The translations under genes and the position numbers were made by a program. A stretch of 64,000 nt of DNA from a virus. The notes beneath the pieces were generated by a model. That model saw only the letters and a program-made list of their open reading frames with translations. It had not been told where the DNA came from and searched no databases. Shown piece after piece: positions 17,596-27,532 of this stretch; positions within the stretch are counted from its first letter, which is position 1, and every line of letters begins with the position of its first letter. The stretch lies in the IMG/VR virus record IMGVR_UViG_3300046513_000221, positions 1 to 64,000 of that record; one strand, given 5' to 3'.

Positions 17596-19767
17596 TTACA
17601 GGGTACGATTTTCCGGAAAGCTAGATGCTGCAGCCTCCAGGAACAAACGCACCGTGGTGTTGATGTACGCCCTGTTCATCGGGCCGGTACGGGCCAGACG
17701 GACGTTGATCGCACGCGGGTCGATGTGCGGCCACGCGTACTCCAGAACGGACAGTGCTTGCTTCACCGTCAGAGCCGACATGGTACGGCTGCGGATCAGC
17801 TCCGCGAGTTCCCAAGGAGGGGTCTCGGAACTGAAGAACACACCGTTCGCCGCCTCCGCAGGTGCCTTCGGAATGAAGGTGTCCGGGAACTTCACACGGT
17901 TCTTGTGCTGTTCGGCGAACAACTCGAAGTCACGCTTGCGGTTCAGGACATCGACCGCTCCGCTGCCGTGGTTACGGGTCTGCAGCAGATTGATGTAGGT
18001 CTCCAGAGCACTGACAGCCAAGGTGTCCTTGGCACGCAGGATGAAGACCGGCTCGTCGCTCGGGATTGCATGCCCGGTGCTGCGGACGTACAGTACGCCG
18101 TCACTGATCCCGTACTTAGGATCCTGCGACACAGGGAACGTCGCCTTCTTGGTACCGTAGGCGGTGTTCTCGATGTAGCGACGAGACAATTCCTTCATGC
18201 GTAGCAGGACAGCCAGCTCGTGATCGTAGTACGACATGTTGTCGCGACTCTGGTCATCGTCATGCTCGCGAGCGTCCTCGATGTACTTCTTGAACGAATC
18301 GTAGTGCGACACGATGTCCTTCAGAGCCTCGATCGCGCCATAGCTGAAGAACAGTGCACCGTCCACCAGCGGCAGCTTATCGTCGAAGTCCTTGCTGATC
18401 ATGGTCCGCAGAGCCTCGATCATGTAGGGATTGCTGTCAGTGAAGCGTTCCGCGATTTGACTCGCTGCGAAGAACGCATCGTCGCGCCACGCCTGTACCT
18501 CGGCGCGAGTGTAGACACGCTGGCCCTTCTGGAGGGCGCTGCCGTCGCGGTAGTCCTGTGCCAGATTTTTGTCCGCCACCTTGTCCACCGAGCGACCGAT
18601 CTCGGCCAAAACGGTACCAACCTTGTCGCGGATGCCCTCGATGGATACCGACTTCAACACCTCGTCCAAGGCGTTGAGAAGTGCCACCTCTGGCGGCTCG
18701 GAGCGGTAGATGCTGGTCGCCTTGGGGAAGCGGCGGCACAACTCGTCCAACATGTAGCTCAGACGGAGGCTAGGGGTGCCAGCACCGCCATTCTCCAACT
18801 GGTTGATGCGCCACTCCATCCACTTGATGCGGTCGCGTGCGCCGGTGACGACGGCCTCGTGTTGCAGGTCGCCGCGCATCAGCATACGTACCATACCGGC
18901 CATCTCGTCGTGGGACAGATGACCAAAGGCCAGTTCCGACAGCTCCGTGGAGTGCAGAGCGGTGCCGCTCTCGGAAACCGGAACCTGTGGTCCCTCCAGC
19001 AGCTTACGACGCAGATCGTCGGCCTCAGCACGAGATGCCTCCAGAGCCTTGTTCAGGCGATCGACTTCCTTCTCCAGAGCGGAACGACCCGGAGGAGCAC
19101 TGCTGACCTTGCTGTCCTTCAAGTTGAACAGCTGACCGAAGCCGGTCCACTTGCCGTCGTTCCAGTGCTCGACGAAGCGCATGTCGTTTGGCGTGCGGCG
19201 GGTGATGCAGTAGTGGCCGGTGACGCCGTCGGCACGGTCGGTCAGGTACGGAGCGCCGGGGTTTACCATGTCCAGAGGGACCAGATGGAAGCCGACGTTC
19301 AGGTGATTGCCAGTGCCCACGTCGAAGCCGACCTGCGTGTCGGTGATCTCGACGAACTTGCCGAAGAACAGGAATGCCTTGCGGAAGTTCTCGATGGGAG
19401 CAACGCTGTTGATGTCCAGCATGGCCTCGACCTCGTACACCGAGAATGCCTTCGAGTACTCGGCGAATTCCTCGTTCGAGTAGCCACGGTTGACCATCTC
19501 GTTATTGAGCAGGACGGTCAGGCCGGAGCGGAAGTCGATCTGCACACCGCGATCGGTTCCGTGGTCCTCGTCGGTGTTCAGGGAGATGGTCACACGACGT
19601 GCCAGCATGTCTTCGAGCAGCATCCACAACATGTCGTAGACGGCATTGTAGGCTTTTGTAGGATCCTTGAGCTGGAGCTCCACCTCGATCGGAGGGTTGA
19701 AGGCGGTGAAGCTTACACGGACGTTCTGACCCTCTTCGTGGGGCAGGATTTTATACGAGAAAAGCAT
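17596..19767 (-). CDS. large hypothetical protein (723 aa)
   Basis: Listed start is TTG; first ATG (MLFSYKILPHEEG) at 19765-19767 with TTTGGGAGTACAA RBS. Confidence 0.65.
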   Translation of the reverse strand: MLFSYKILPHEEGQNVRVSFTAFNPPIEVELQLKDPTKAYNAVYDMLWMLLEDMLARRVTISLNTDEDHGTDRGVQIDFRSGLTVLLNNEMVNRGYSNEEFAEYSKAFSVYEVEAMLDINSVAPIENFRKAFLFFGKFVEITDTQVGFDVGTGNHLNVGFHLVPLDMVNPGAPYLTDRADGVTGHYCITRRTPNDMRFVEHWNDGKWTGFGQLFNLKDSKVSSAPPGRSALEKEVDRLNKALEASRAEADDLRRKLLEGPQVPVSESGTALHSTELSELAFGHLSHDEMAGMVRMLMRGDLQHEAVVTGARDRIKWMEWRINQLENGGAGTPSLRLSYMLDELCRRFPKATSIYRSEPPEVALLNALDEVLKSVSIEGIRDKVGTVLAEIGRSVDKVADKNLAQDYRDGSALQKGQRVYTRAEVQAWRDDAFFAASQIAERFTDSNPYMIEALRTMISKDFDDKLPLVDGALFFSYGAIEALKDIVSHYDSFKKYIEDAREHDDDQSRDNMSYYDHELAVLLRMKELSRRYIENTAYGTKKATFPVSQDPKYGISDGVLYVRSTGHAIPSDEPVFILRAKDTLAVSALETYINLLQTRNHGSGAVDVLNRKRDFELFAEQHKNRVKFPDTFIPKAPAEAANGVFFSSETPPWELAELIRSRTMSALTVKQALSVLEYAWPHIDPRAINVRLARTGPMNRAYINTTVRLFLEAAASSFPENRTL

Positions 19768-19781
19768 TTGTACTCCCAAAA

Positions 19782-20261
19782 TTATTCGTGATCTTCGTCT
19801 GCCGGTTCCATCTCAACGAGGCGGATACCGTAGTCTTTGTTGTCGCCGTTCATGCCGACAGTCTTGTGGATGAACAGGAGGCGACGGAGGATCTCCACCG
19901 CATCGCCGTTCAGGTTGATGCCGTTCAGCAGCTGGTTGCGGATCTGATCGCCCTCGCGGACGAGACTGGCGCTGTTCTCCTCCAGATGCTCAGGAATCTC
20001 CTTCTCATCGACGATGCGAGGAGCCAGCTCCATACGGAACTTCTCCATCAGCTTGAGCTTCTCCTCGTCGCGGACCTGCCAGATGTGCTCGATCATGGCG
20101 TCCTTACCGCGCAGACCGCCCTCGATCCGCTTGGCCTTGGCGAGGATCCCGGCCTCGTCGCTCTCGTTTGCGACCACATGGATCACGGACGGGAAACCCG
20201 GTGCGGCGCACCAGAACTCCACGCGGTAGTACTCCATCGGCTTACGTGCAAATAAACTCAT
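19782..20261 (-). CDS. hypothetical protein (159 aa)
   Basis: ATG verified. Confidence 0.55.
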   Translation of the reverse strand: MSLFARKPMEYYRVEFWCAAPGFPSVIHVVANESDEAGILAKAKRIEGGLRGKDAMIEHIWQVRDEEKLKLMEKFRMELAPRIVDEKEIPEHLEENSASLVREGDQIRNQLLNGINLNGDAVEILRRLLFIHKTVGMNGDNKDYGIRLVEMEPADEDHE

Positions 20262-20303
20262 AGCTCTACTTCCAATTAAAAAGTCAACGCATAACCCATA
20301 TGA

Positions 20304-20312
20304 ATAATATAT
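20304..20312 (-). promoter_or_regulatory. AT-rich promoter-like motif (ATATATTAT on minus strand)
   Basis: Intergenic; 43 nt upstream of the 19782..20261 start. Confidence 0.35.
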
Positions 20313-20336
20313 GAGCTATGCGTCTTTCAGATCGAT

Positions 20337-21509
20337 TTACGCCGCCAGAGCGAACATGTCGTCAACTGGACCCGGCAGCGGTTTGGCGTCCTTCAGGTCG
20401 GTCTTGGTCTTGGTCAGAGGATCATCGACCAGACTGCGAGCACGACCGCGCTGAGAACCCTTGCTGCTGCGGGTCTTGCAACCGCCGCCGACGCGCTTCG
20501 TGAACTTGAAGAAGTCCTCCGGGATGAAGGCAGTCAGGGTCTTCGTCTCGGCGTCATAAACGAAGGATGCATTGATGCCGACTTGTACCTCGTCGAACTT
20601 CTCCAGATCTGGCTCGGAGATATTCGACTGCGCCAGAGTCGAGGACTGTACTGCGCCCTGTGCCGTCAGCTTGAAGCCCTTCGGATGGGCCTTCAGCACC
20701 AACATCTGGTTCTTGTCCAGCTCGACGGAGATGTTGCGACCATTGTTGGCGTCGTCGATGTACAGGGAGTCAGCAATCTCCTTGACCATCTTCGAGCCGA
20801 AGGTCACGGTCAGACGACCGAGATTATCGCCCTTGATCTTGCGGTTGTAGCTATAAAACAGCTTCGCCACGATGCGATGATGGTTCGGATACACCGAGTC
20901 CATCAGGAACTTCACCGGGTCGGCGCGGATCAGAGCGATCTGGTCGCTAAACCACAGGCGCAGCTCTGGGTATTTCAGCTGGTTGACCAGACGCGTGTAG
21001 ATTGCCAGATACTCCTTGCCGGATTGGATGATACGGTATCCGGTGCCACGGGAGCCGTCGTTCGTGAAGACCATCTCATGGATGTCGAAGAACGGATGTT
21101 CAGCCAGCGGTGTCTTGCGAGAGCAGCTGTAGAGCGACTTCATGCCGAAGCCGGTCTGCGTGATCTTCATCGCGCCACCCTTCTTACCCTTGCTCTTGAA
21201 CCACAAAGGGATAACCGGGGCGTAACGCTTACCTTCCTTCAGATCGGGGGCCGGGAAGCGGGTACCGGTGTCCATCTGACCGTGACCGTCAGCGGCCAGA
21301 GTCATGGCCCAGATACGGGTGAAGAGTCCTTCGTTGCCGTTCCCGGCACCGTTGCTCTTGCGCAGCCCCTTCGTCACCAGCTCCAGCGATGGCAGCGCGA
21401 TGCGGGACATCGCTCGGAGGATCGGGTCGTTGCGCGAGATCGTCGGCAGGTTCTTAAAGCGGAAGGTGTCCTCGACGCCTTCGATGGTTGCTTGATTGGT
21501 GTCTTTCAT
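20337..21509 (-). CDS. hypothetical protein with basic C-terminal region (390 aa)
   Basis: ATG verified; no recognisable catalytic motif. Confidence 0.6.
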   Translation of the reverse strand: MKDTNQATIEGVEDTFRFKNLPTISRNDPILRAMSRIALPSLELVTKGLRKSNGAGNGNEGLFTRIWAMTLAADGHGQMDTGTRFPAPDLKEGKRYAPVIPLWFKSKGKKGGAMKITQTGFGMKSLYSCSRKTPLAEHPFFDIHEMVFTNDGSRGTGYRIIQSGKEYLAIYTRLVNQLKYPELRLWFSDQIALIRADPVKFLMDSVYPNHHRIVAKLFYSYNRKIKGDNLGRLTVTFGSKMVKEIADSLYIDDANNGRNISVELDKNQMLVLKAHPKGFKLTAQGAVQSSTLAQSNISEPDLEKFDEVQVGINASFVYDAETKTLTAFIPEDFFKFTKRVGGGCKTRSSKGSQRGRARSLVDDPLTKTKTDLKDAKPLPGPVDDMFALAA

Positions 21510-22252
21510 TTTTCTTCTTTCTTCATTGGTAGAGTGATGACGCCGGTGAGAGGATTCAGGATCTGGTCGGACTGTCCGCGAAGCGACAGATCGATCTTGC
21601 CCTTGAAGAATTCCTTCTCGTGGTATGCCACCCCCATGAGGTCTCGCAGTGCGGGTAGTTCGTAGGAGAAGAAGCCAGCCCAGTACATCTGGAAGCAGCT
21701 GCTCTCGAACTCCTTCTCGGAGAACGAGTCCTTACCCTTCTTGACAACGCCATGGACGTTGCCGGTGTCGAATATCACATGAGTTCCTCGTCGGAGTGGA
21801 ACCCTTACTCCCGAGAGCGGGAAAAGCAGATCCCACTCCTCGTCATCTTCCATCCAGTGGACGAAGAAAGCCTTGTCGGCGAACAGCTCGTAGCTAGTGT
21901 CTACGTGAAAAAAAGAACCTTCACACGCGTTCAGCGCGGGTTCACTACACTTGTCGTTATCTTCACACAACAGCCCCACCTCCTCCGCCCGTAGGCGGAG
22001 GAGGTTAGTGTAGGGATTTGGGGATGCTATGTGTGACGTGAAGACGTCACCGGTACCGGCCAGTGGGTTGGCCGCGTGAAGTTGGTCGATCCAAGAAGCA
22101 TAGAGCTCCTCGTTAATCGCTGGTGTGTCGATATGAGCGGTAATCACTTTGAGGCTCACATTGCGGGCATTCCCCTTGGGGAGCGCAACGTAGAGTTGAT
22201 TCGCTACATCGACACCCTTTTGTATTCCAGGTATCGCACTACTATCCATCAT
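21506..22252 (-). CDS. hypothetical protein with HxD...H motif (possible 2OG-Fe(II) oxygenase-like, 248 aa)
   Basis: FHVDTS ... THVIFDTGNVHG resembles a 2-His-1-carboxylate facial triad. Weak evidence. Confidence 0.5.
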   Translation of the reverse strand: MMDSSAIPGIQKGVDVANQLYVALPKGNARNVSLKVITAHIDTPAINEELYASWIDQLHAANPLAGTGDVFTSHIASPNPYTNLLRLRAEEVGLLCEDNDKCSEPALNACEGSFFHVDTSYELFADKAFFVHWMEDDEEWDLLFPLSGVRVPLRRGTHVIFDTGNVHGVVKKGKDSFSEKEFESSCFQMYWAGFFSYELPALRDLMGVAYHEKEFFKGKIDLSLRGQSDQILNPLTGVITLPMKKEEK

Positions 22253-22368
22253 TCACCTCTACACACAAATACTCCCAAATAGTCATCGGTTCGGTGGTCA
22301 CAGCCGTGATCCGTACTGGCATCTAGCTATTCCCTTCGTACTGAAGGAATTCGAAGTCGTGACTATTT

Positions 22369-22788
22369 CTAAACATGGATCGAATTACCTTGCCTAACGG
22401 TAACTTTTCGATCCTGCGCGTGTAATGATGCACCCGTTGAGTGCATGCCCAACGCATGACGCCGATGTTGAACATCCGTGACGTCATCTCCCGGAGATCC
22501 GGGACCGGAACCATCTTCTACCGACTCGCACCCAAGCGCTCGGTCTCCCACCACGGCCATGCAGCCAACGGGATGGTGAAGACGGGTGTTGTAGACTTCA
22601 CCTTTCGGTGTCGCCTCCTGAAGCAGCTGTTCTACCGCCGCTTTGGTGTTGGTATCGCCGACTTTGATGTCGACTAACGGGAAACCATCCGATACAGCAT
22701 GGACGGAATGGGTGCTACCGTTGAGGGAGGTCGTGACCTCTGCCTCGGGCGCTGCTAAACTAGCGCCTTCTTTTATACCGGAACACAC
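22369..22788 (-). CDS. doubtful ORF inside a 1-kb ORF-poor island
   Basis: Longest ORF in 22253-23319; no RBS; mediocre composition. Confidence 0.15.
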   Translation of the reverse strand: MCSGIKEGASLAAPEAEVTTSLNGSTHSVHAVSDGFPLVDIKVGDTNTKAAVEQLLQEATPKGEVYNTRLHHPVGCMAVVGDRALGCESVEDGSGPGSPGDDVTDVQHRRHALGMHSTGASLHAQDRKVTVRQGNSIHV

Positions 22789-23319
22789 AAAATACCTCTA
22801 CTGAAGCATACTGCAATGATACTCTCGGAGTTAGGCAACGACTTCTTACCGTTCCGTGGTTGCAGGGAAATCCTGCACTTGCGACCGATTCGCTTACACT
22901 TGACTTGGATGCCACACATCCGTTGTTGCCAAGTAGGGAATTCACGGCCTTGTATTTGGCGCTAGCATCTTTCCGGGACACAGCTGGTTCACGTACCTGC
23001 GACGGGTGAGAACGCCCGGTACCTTACGAAAAACCATCACGCCTTGCCCTTCCGGGCTGTATCACGAGTACGGAGACGAACCGGGTCTCACCCCGATTTG
23101 ATCGTCTCCGCGCCTGAAGGATCCTACTCTCCAGACTAGCCCCGTGTTGTTGATGAAACGACATCCCTCTCTTGAGTTCAGCCGTACCTCCACGTCACGC
23201 CATCGCCGGAACTCCGGTTGCGCGTGGAATTGTATGAAGTACCTCCGATTACGGATTAACATCCGATCGTCGAACGAGTCCGTCAGGTATCAGGCCTCCA
23301 ATCGACGACCACCAGTACT

Positions 23320-23706
23320 CTACAGATCTTGCATAATCTCTGCCATGGTGCGTGATGCACCGACGAAGCACATTGTCTTACCGAAGCTATCATCGTACGT
23401 ATGCTCAGAATCGAGCATACGCTTCCACATGGCGTGATTGTACGCCATAGCGTACTCACCGTAGTAGAAGTCCTGCCGGATGATCACGGTCTTCCAACCG
23501 CGCTTCGATGCGAACTGTGCTGCCGTCACAACCAACTCATCGTCAGATACCTTGCGCGAGACAAGGCCATCAAACGGGAGCAGTACAACCCTGATGGAGC
23601 GGCGACCTACACCGCTCACAATGTACGACGGATGGATATCCAATCCGTACGGACGGCGGGTTTGATCCGCGTCACGTTTCTGTCTCACGATGTGAGGCTG
23701 TTTCAT
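23320..23706 (-). CDS. ASKRGWK-motif family protein A (128 aa)
   Basis: GGGAGA RBS; paralogue of 28806..29129 (shared ...AAxxASKRGWKxVIxxxDxxYGExA...NxAM...). Confidence 0.55.
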   Translation of the reverse strand: MKQPHIVRQKRDADQTRRPYGLDIHPSYIVSGVGRRSIRVVLLPFDGLVSRKVSDDELVVTAAQFASKRGWKTVIIRQDFYYGEYAMAYNHAMWKRMLDSEHTYDDSFGKTMCFVGASRTMAEIMQDL

Positions 23707-23766
23707 ACTTCTTTTCTCCCAGAGGCTTATGTAGCCACGAACAGGCGGGTCTCCCCGCCCTCAGAA

Positions 23767-24324
23767 TTACTTTTTGAGCCGCTTCAGCTCGTAGAACTGG
23801 CACAGGTCGCTGACGAACTCGTTCTTGGTCGCATCTTCGATGATGTCTTCCAGCAATGCAAAGGTATGATTCACCCGCATTCTTACATCACCCGGTGCCG
23901 TGAACTCGACGTTCTCCTCGTTGAGGACGAAGAACGCTTGTCGGATGGCCGACATCATGCGGAAGATCAACGGCAGAGCCTTGTGCAGCTCGTCGTGGGT
24001 TCCCATGATGCTCTGAACGACCTCGATGTACTTGCGGTCCTGCATGGCAAGCACGTCATCAGCCTTACCCATCAGCTGCTTGTAGATCTCGCGCTGCTCT
24101 ACCGGTACACGTCCCTCAGTGTACTCGGTGTGCATGTGCGCCACGGCGGTCTTGATGACGCCGGAGAAATCAGCCAGTTGGCAGGACTTTGCCGCCACAA
24201 GGGCTTCCAAATGTTGAGCGCGTTTGTTCGCTTCTTCATAGCGTGCCCAGCCTTGATCAGCCGAGAGTTGCAGGGCTGCAATTACACGATGCAGACGGGT
24301 CTCTTCTTCGTTTTTGACTTCCAT
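23767..24324 (-). CDS. hypothetical protein (185 aa)
   Basis: Start MEVKNEEE at 24322-24324; the listed 5' extension is unlikely. Confidence 0.55.
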   Translation of the reverse strand: MEVKNEEETRLHRVIAALQLSADQGWARYEEANKRAQHLEALVAAKSCQLADFSGVIKTAVAHMHTEYTEGRVPVEQREIYKQLMGKADDVLAMQDRKYIEVVQSIMGTHDELHKALPLIFRMMSAIRQAFFVLNEENVEFTAPGDVRMRVNHTFALLEDIIEDATKNEFVSDLCQFYELKRLKK

Positions 24325-24388
24325 GATGCTCCCATAGGTACTAAATTCTTGAGTTTTCGAGTCTCCACTCGGATTTCTCTTCATTTTT

Positions 24389-24397
24389 ATAATATAT
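24389..24397 (-). promoter_or_regulatory. AT-rich promoter-like motif (ATATATTATA on minus strand)
   Basis: Intergenic; 65 nt upstream of the 23767..24324 start. Confidence 0.35.
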
Positions 24398-24430
24398 TCC
24401 CGGATGCCACGTCAATTTCGTTTTTGACGT

Positions 24431-24706
24431 TTAGGCTGGCACCGGGGCTTTTGCGGAGGCCTTGAAGGTCTTCAACGCTTGTTTCTGCCACTGCCAGAAC
24501 CATTCGCGATCCTCTTGCGAGTACATGCGCTCGTAGTCGGCAGTGGTCTTGTTATACACCATCTCAGCATGCGATGGGGCGGGTTTTTGGGTCTTCTCGC
24601 ATATTCGCTTGATGTTTTGCTTCTTCTCTTGAGCATCTTTCTCGATAGCAGCAGCCAGATCGCAGCCGTCAGCGTAGAAGACGTCTTTGTAGACCTTGAG
24701 TTTCAT
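24431..24706 (-). CDS. hypothetical protein (91 aa)
   Basis: AAGGAGAG RBS + ATG at 24704-24706. Confidence 0.5.
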   Translation of the reverse strand: MKLKVYKDVFYADGCDLAAAIEKDAQEKKQNIKRICEKTQKPAPSHAEMVYNKTTADYERMYSQEDREWFWQWQKQALKTFKASAKAPVPA

Positions 24707-24714
24707 CACTCTCC

Positions 24715-25281
24715 TTACACAATGTTGGGGTTGTCTACATGGGCGAAACGCATGTTGCTCGGATGCGGAACGCCCTCGATTGCCACGGTACCGCGACCCT
24801 TGGAACTGAGGTACTTCTCCAGATGGTTGCGACGCACATAGGCGTGGCCGGGAATGCCCGGAGGCAGGGGATCGCCTTCCTTCACGCCGGTCTGGTCAAT
24901 CTCGACAACACCGACGCGACCTGCGGTCAGGATGACCTTCTGGCCCTCGTAGGTACCCATAGCGACAGCGCTGGTCTGCTTGCCACTGATGACGAAGCCG
25001 TCGTGGGCGATCAGGACGTCCTCATCCGTGGTCTCACGGACGAAGAAGAACTTCGGGTTCGAGAAGTTCGTCTCGGTGCGCTCGGAATTCTGGAAATAAC
25101 GAATCCCGGTGATCATCACCTCGACAGTGGCGTCGCGTTCCGGCATCTGCCGCATACGGTCGAACAGGCACAGAATGCCCACGTACTCGTAGCTGACTTT
25201 GCCGTCAACGTTCTCCACCCCGCTCAGTTTCGCAATGACCTTATCCTTCTCGAAACGGTCGGGTTTGGTCGTTACTTTCAT
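24715..25281 (-). CDS. hypothetical protein (188 aa)
   Basis: ATG verified. Confidence 0.55.
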   Translation of the reverse strand: MKVTTKPDRFEKDKVIAKLSGVENVDGKVSYEYVGILCLFDRMRQMPERDATVEVMITGIRYFQNSERTETNFSNPKFFFVRETTDEDVLIAHDGFVISGKQTSAVAMGTYEGQKVILTAGRVGVVEIDQTGVKEGDPLPPGIPGHAYVRRNHLEKYLSSKGRGTVAIEGVPHPSNMRFAHVDNPNIV

Positions 25282-25386
25282 TTTGTACTCCCTTTATGTG
25301 TACTCTTGGAATCCCCTGTTACCCTCGGATCCACTCAGGTTTGTTTACCCATCCCGGCCAATTTCGGGATGGATTACTTCGGAACC

Positions 25387-25659
25387 CTAGTCAGTACTAC
25401 CGGGCCGACTAGGGTGTTTCTGGATCAGTTCCTCGACCAGCTCTTTGAAGGCTTTCTTGTCCTTCGCGAGCAGGTTCCGGAACCGATTACGTAGACTGAA
25501 GGCCTCTTGGCCCCTGATCCACTTGGACTGAAAGTTCTTTCCCGATTTGTCAGTCAGGAAGACGTACAGTTCACCGGCACCGCCATGGACGGAATGATGA
25601 GGCAGCTTGTTCCAAGCACCAGTTTCAAGACGCTCTGCTGCTTTGATCTTGCGACTCAT
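25387..25659 (-). CDS. hypothetical protein (90 aa)
   Basis: GGAGA RBS + ATG. Confidence 0.5.
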   Translation of the reverse strand: MSRKIKAAERLETGAWNKLPHHSVHGGAGELYVFLTDKSGKNFQSKWIRGQEAFSLRNRFRNLLAKDKKAFKELVEELIQKHPSRPGSTD

Positions 25660-25898
25660 TTATTCTCCACTTCGGTCATTTCCTTGATATCGGACATCGA
25701 TACTAGCGTACCGCTGATGTCGAGACGACGGCGGAAGACGCCGAGTACCTTCCCGCTTTGAGGGAAGAAGTAACCACGTCCGCTCTTGTCGATGTCCTGA
25801 TCTCGGAGGTATTTCACGTTCTTTCCGATCAAGGCTTTCGCCTCGACGGAAGTTGTGGGGCGAACGTTAGCCCCGGTAAGTATCCTGCAGTCTGCCAT
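25656..25898 (-). CDS. hypothetical protein (80 aa)
   Basis: ATGA overlap with the next gene. Confidence 0.45.
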   Translation of the reverse strand: MADCRILTGANVRPTTSVEAKALIGKNVKYLRDQDIDKSGRGYFFPQSGKVLGVFRRRLDISGTLVSMSDIKEMTEVENK

Positions 25899-25899
25899 T

Positions 25900-26667
25900 T
25901 CAGGTAACGTTCAGATGATGCACGTTGGCGCGCTTGGTGATGGCCCCGATGTTGTCGAGGGTCATCTGGATCAGCAGCGCGGTATCCGCGTCTCCCTCGT
26001 CGCGCATCTTGTCGAGGTTGACTTGGCTCATGGCCGAGAAGGTGGAGAGCTTCAGGACGCTCATGTTACGGTTCAGCTTCCCCAGCTCCGTGTTCAGGGC
26101 TGGGTCGGCAGAGTGGTCATGAGCGTAGTTGTAGTTCATGCGGGTGTCACGCCACGTATCCGGACGCTTGTAGTCCCAGGCCCGTGCGAAGACGTAACCG
26201 ATGTCATCGGCATCGTCCAGCGAGAAGCCGAAGCCGCCGAGGTTGACCGCGTCGAACGCCTTGCTTTCCTTCTTCCAACGCTGCCAACGCAGGAACGGTC
26301 CCCAGACCTGCTCGTGGCAGGTACCTTCCGGCGCGTAGATCACGAAGTTCTCGTCGATGGTGGCGAAGTTGTGGGTCTTGGTGTAGCCCCGGAACTCCTC
26401 GCTGCCGTCGATCAGTTTATTGATCATTTCCATCTCGTTAGCCGAGGCACCGATGAGCAGGTACTTACGGATTTTGATGGAGCGCTCAGTCAGGGGAGAT
26501 GCGGTCAAGACGAAGCCGCGATCGCTGCCGTGCTGGATGACGCTGACGGACTGGGCTGGGCCGATGTTGGCGACCGCCATCTTGTACTCCTTCAGCTTGT
26601 CCGGCGCGGAGCCGATGCTGTGGATGGTGGCGGAGGCGATATCGGTTTTACGCAGTGGCAAAGACAT
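25900..26667 (-). CDS. hypothetical protein (255 aa)
   Basis: AAGGGAAAAA RBS + ATG. Confidence 0.6.
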   Translation of the reverse strand: MSLPLRKTDIASATIHSIGSAPDKLKEYKMAVANIGPAQSVSVIQHGSDRGFVLTASPLTERSIKIRKYLLIGASANEMEMINKLIDGSEEFRGYTKTHNFATIDENFVIYAPEGTCHEQVWGPFLRWQRWKKESKAFDAVNLGGFGFSLDDADDIGYVFARAWDYKRPDTWRDTRMNYNYAHDHSADPALNTELGKLNRNMSVLKLSTFSAMSQVNLDKMRDEGDADTALLIQMTLDNIGAITKRANVHHLNVT

Positions 26668-26769
26668 GGTTTTTCCCTTCGAAAGTGTATGGATGAGGGT
26701 ATGCCCTTGATGGCATACCCACTTTGTATTAGTCTACTAAATCTATGACTTAGACTGTTACTTTTCGGA

Positions 26770-26901
26770 CTACGAGTCCGCGTACGGACGGATAACACCC
26801 GGTTTCTTCCGGTTGCCAGAGCCGTACGCATCCATCACATCGGGGATTGGTACGAATTCGTTTGCGCCCTTGTTGAGCAGGCGGCTTGCATTGCTTTCCA
26901 T
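26770..26901 (-). CDS. possible micro-protein (43 aa)
   Basis: Internal ATG MESNASRLL preceded by TTTGGGAGTATTT RBS; the listed 69-aa version overlaps the upstream gene. Confidence 0.3.
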   Translation of the reverse strand: MESNASRLLNKGANEFVPIPDVMDAYGSGNRKKPGVIRPYADS

Positions 26902-26953
26902 AAATACTCCCAAATATTGCAAAAGAACGTGGTTAGAGACGCTCTGCTCTTTG

Positions 26954-27442
26954 CTACTTCGCCGCCACCATACCCTCATAGCGAGCGAATTCCTTCTCCT
27001 CCAAACTGCCGGTTTCGATGACCGTCAGGCCCATCAGTTCCGCCAGCTCCTTCGACTTCTTCTCTGCCTCGCTCATCGTGAGGCAGGAGATCTCGACAAC
27101 CTTACGGTCGGTCTCGATCTGGATTACGCCAGCCGAGCCGTGATCTGGATGATCATAGACGCGGATAACGGTCTTCTCCGTACGGGTATTGGCGCTCGGT
27201 TGACGACTCGCCTCAGTCAGAGCCTTCTTCATGGTTGTCACCATGCCCCAGACATCGGCACGAGCTTTGTTGAAACGGTTGCGGCTTTCAGTGATCAAGC
27301 CCGGAGAGGTCTCCGCTTTGGGATTCTCCAGACCACCCAATTCCTTAGCCGCGCGTTCAAAGGCGGTAAGGATGTTGCGCTGATTGTCGCTCAATATGAC
27401 GCGACGTGGACCTTTTTCACCTACACGTTTTTCTTGGTGCAT
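26954..27442 (-). CDS. hypothetical protein (162 aa)
   Basis: GGAGAAA RBS + ATG. Confidence 0.55.
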   Translation of the reverse strand: MHQEKRVGEKGPRRVILSDNQRNILTAFERAAKELGGLENPKAETSPGLITESRNRFNKARADVWGMVTTMKKALTEASRQPSANTRTEKTVIRVYDHPDHGSAGVIQIETDRKVVEISCLTMSEAEKKSKELAELMGLTVIETGSLEEKEFARYEGMVAAK

Positions 27443-27532
27443 TGTATTTCTCCGCTACTTTTACAGCACTACTTTATTATTAAACCTCGAATTTTCTAGT
27501 CGAGGGTGACTCTTGCAGAACGCTTCTTTGTA

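Noticed and set aside
18220-19791. 523-aa plus-strand ORF
   Set aside because: Antisense to 17596..19767; wrong-strand composition.
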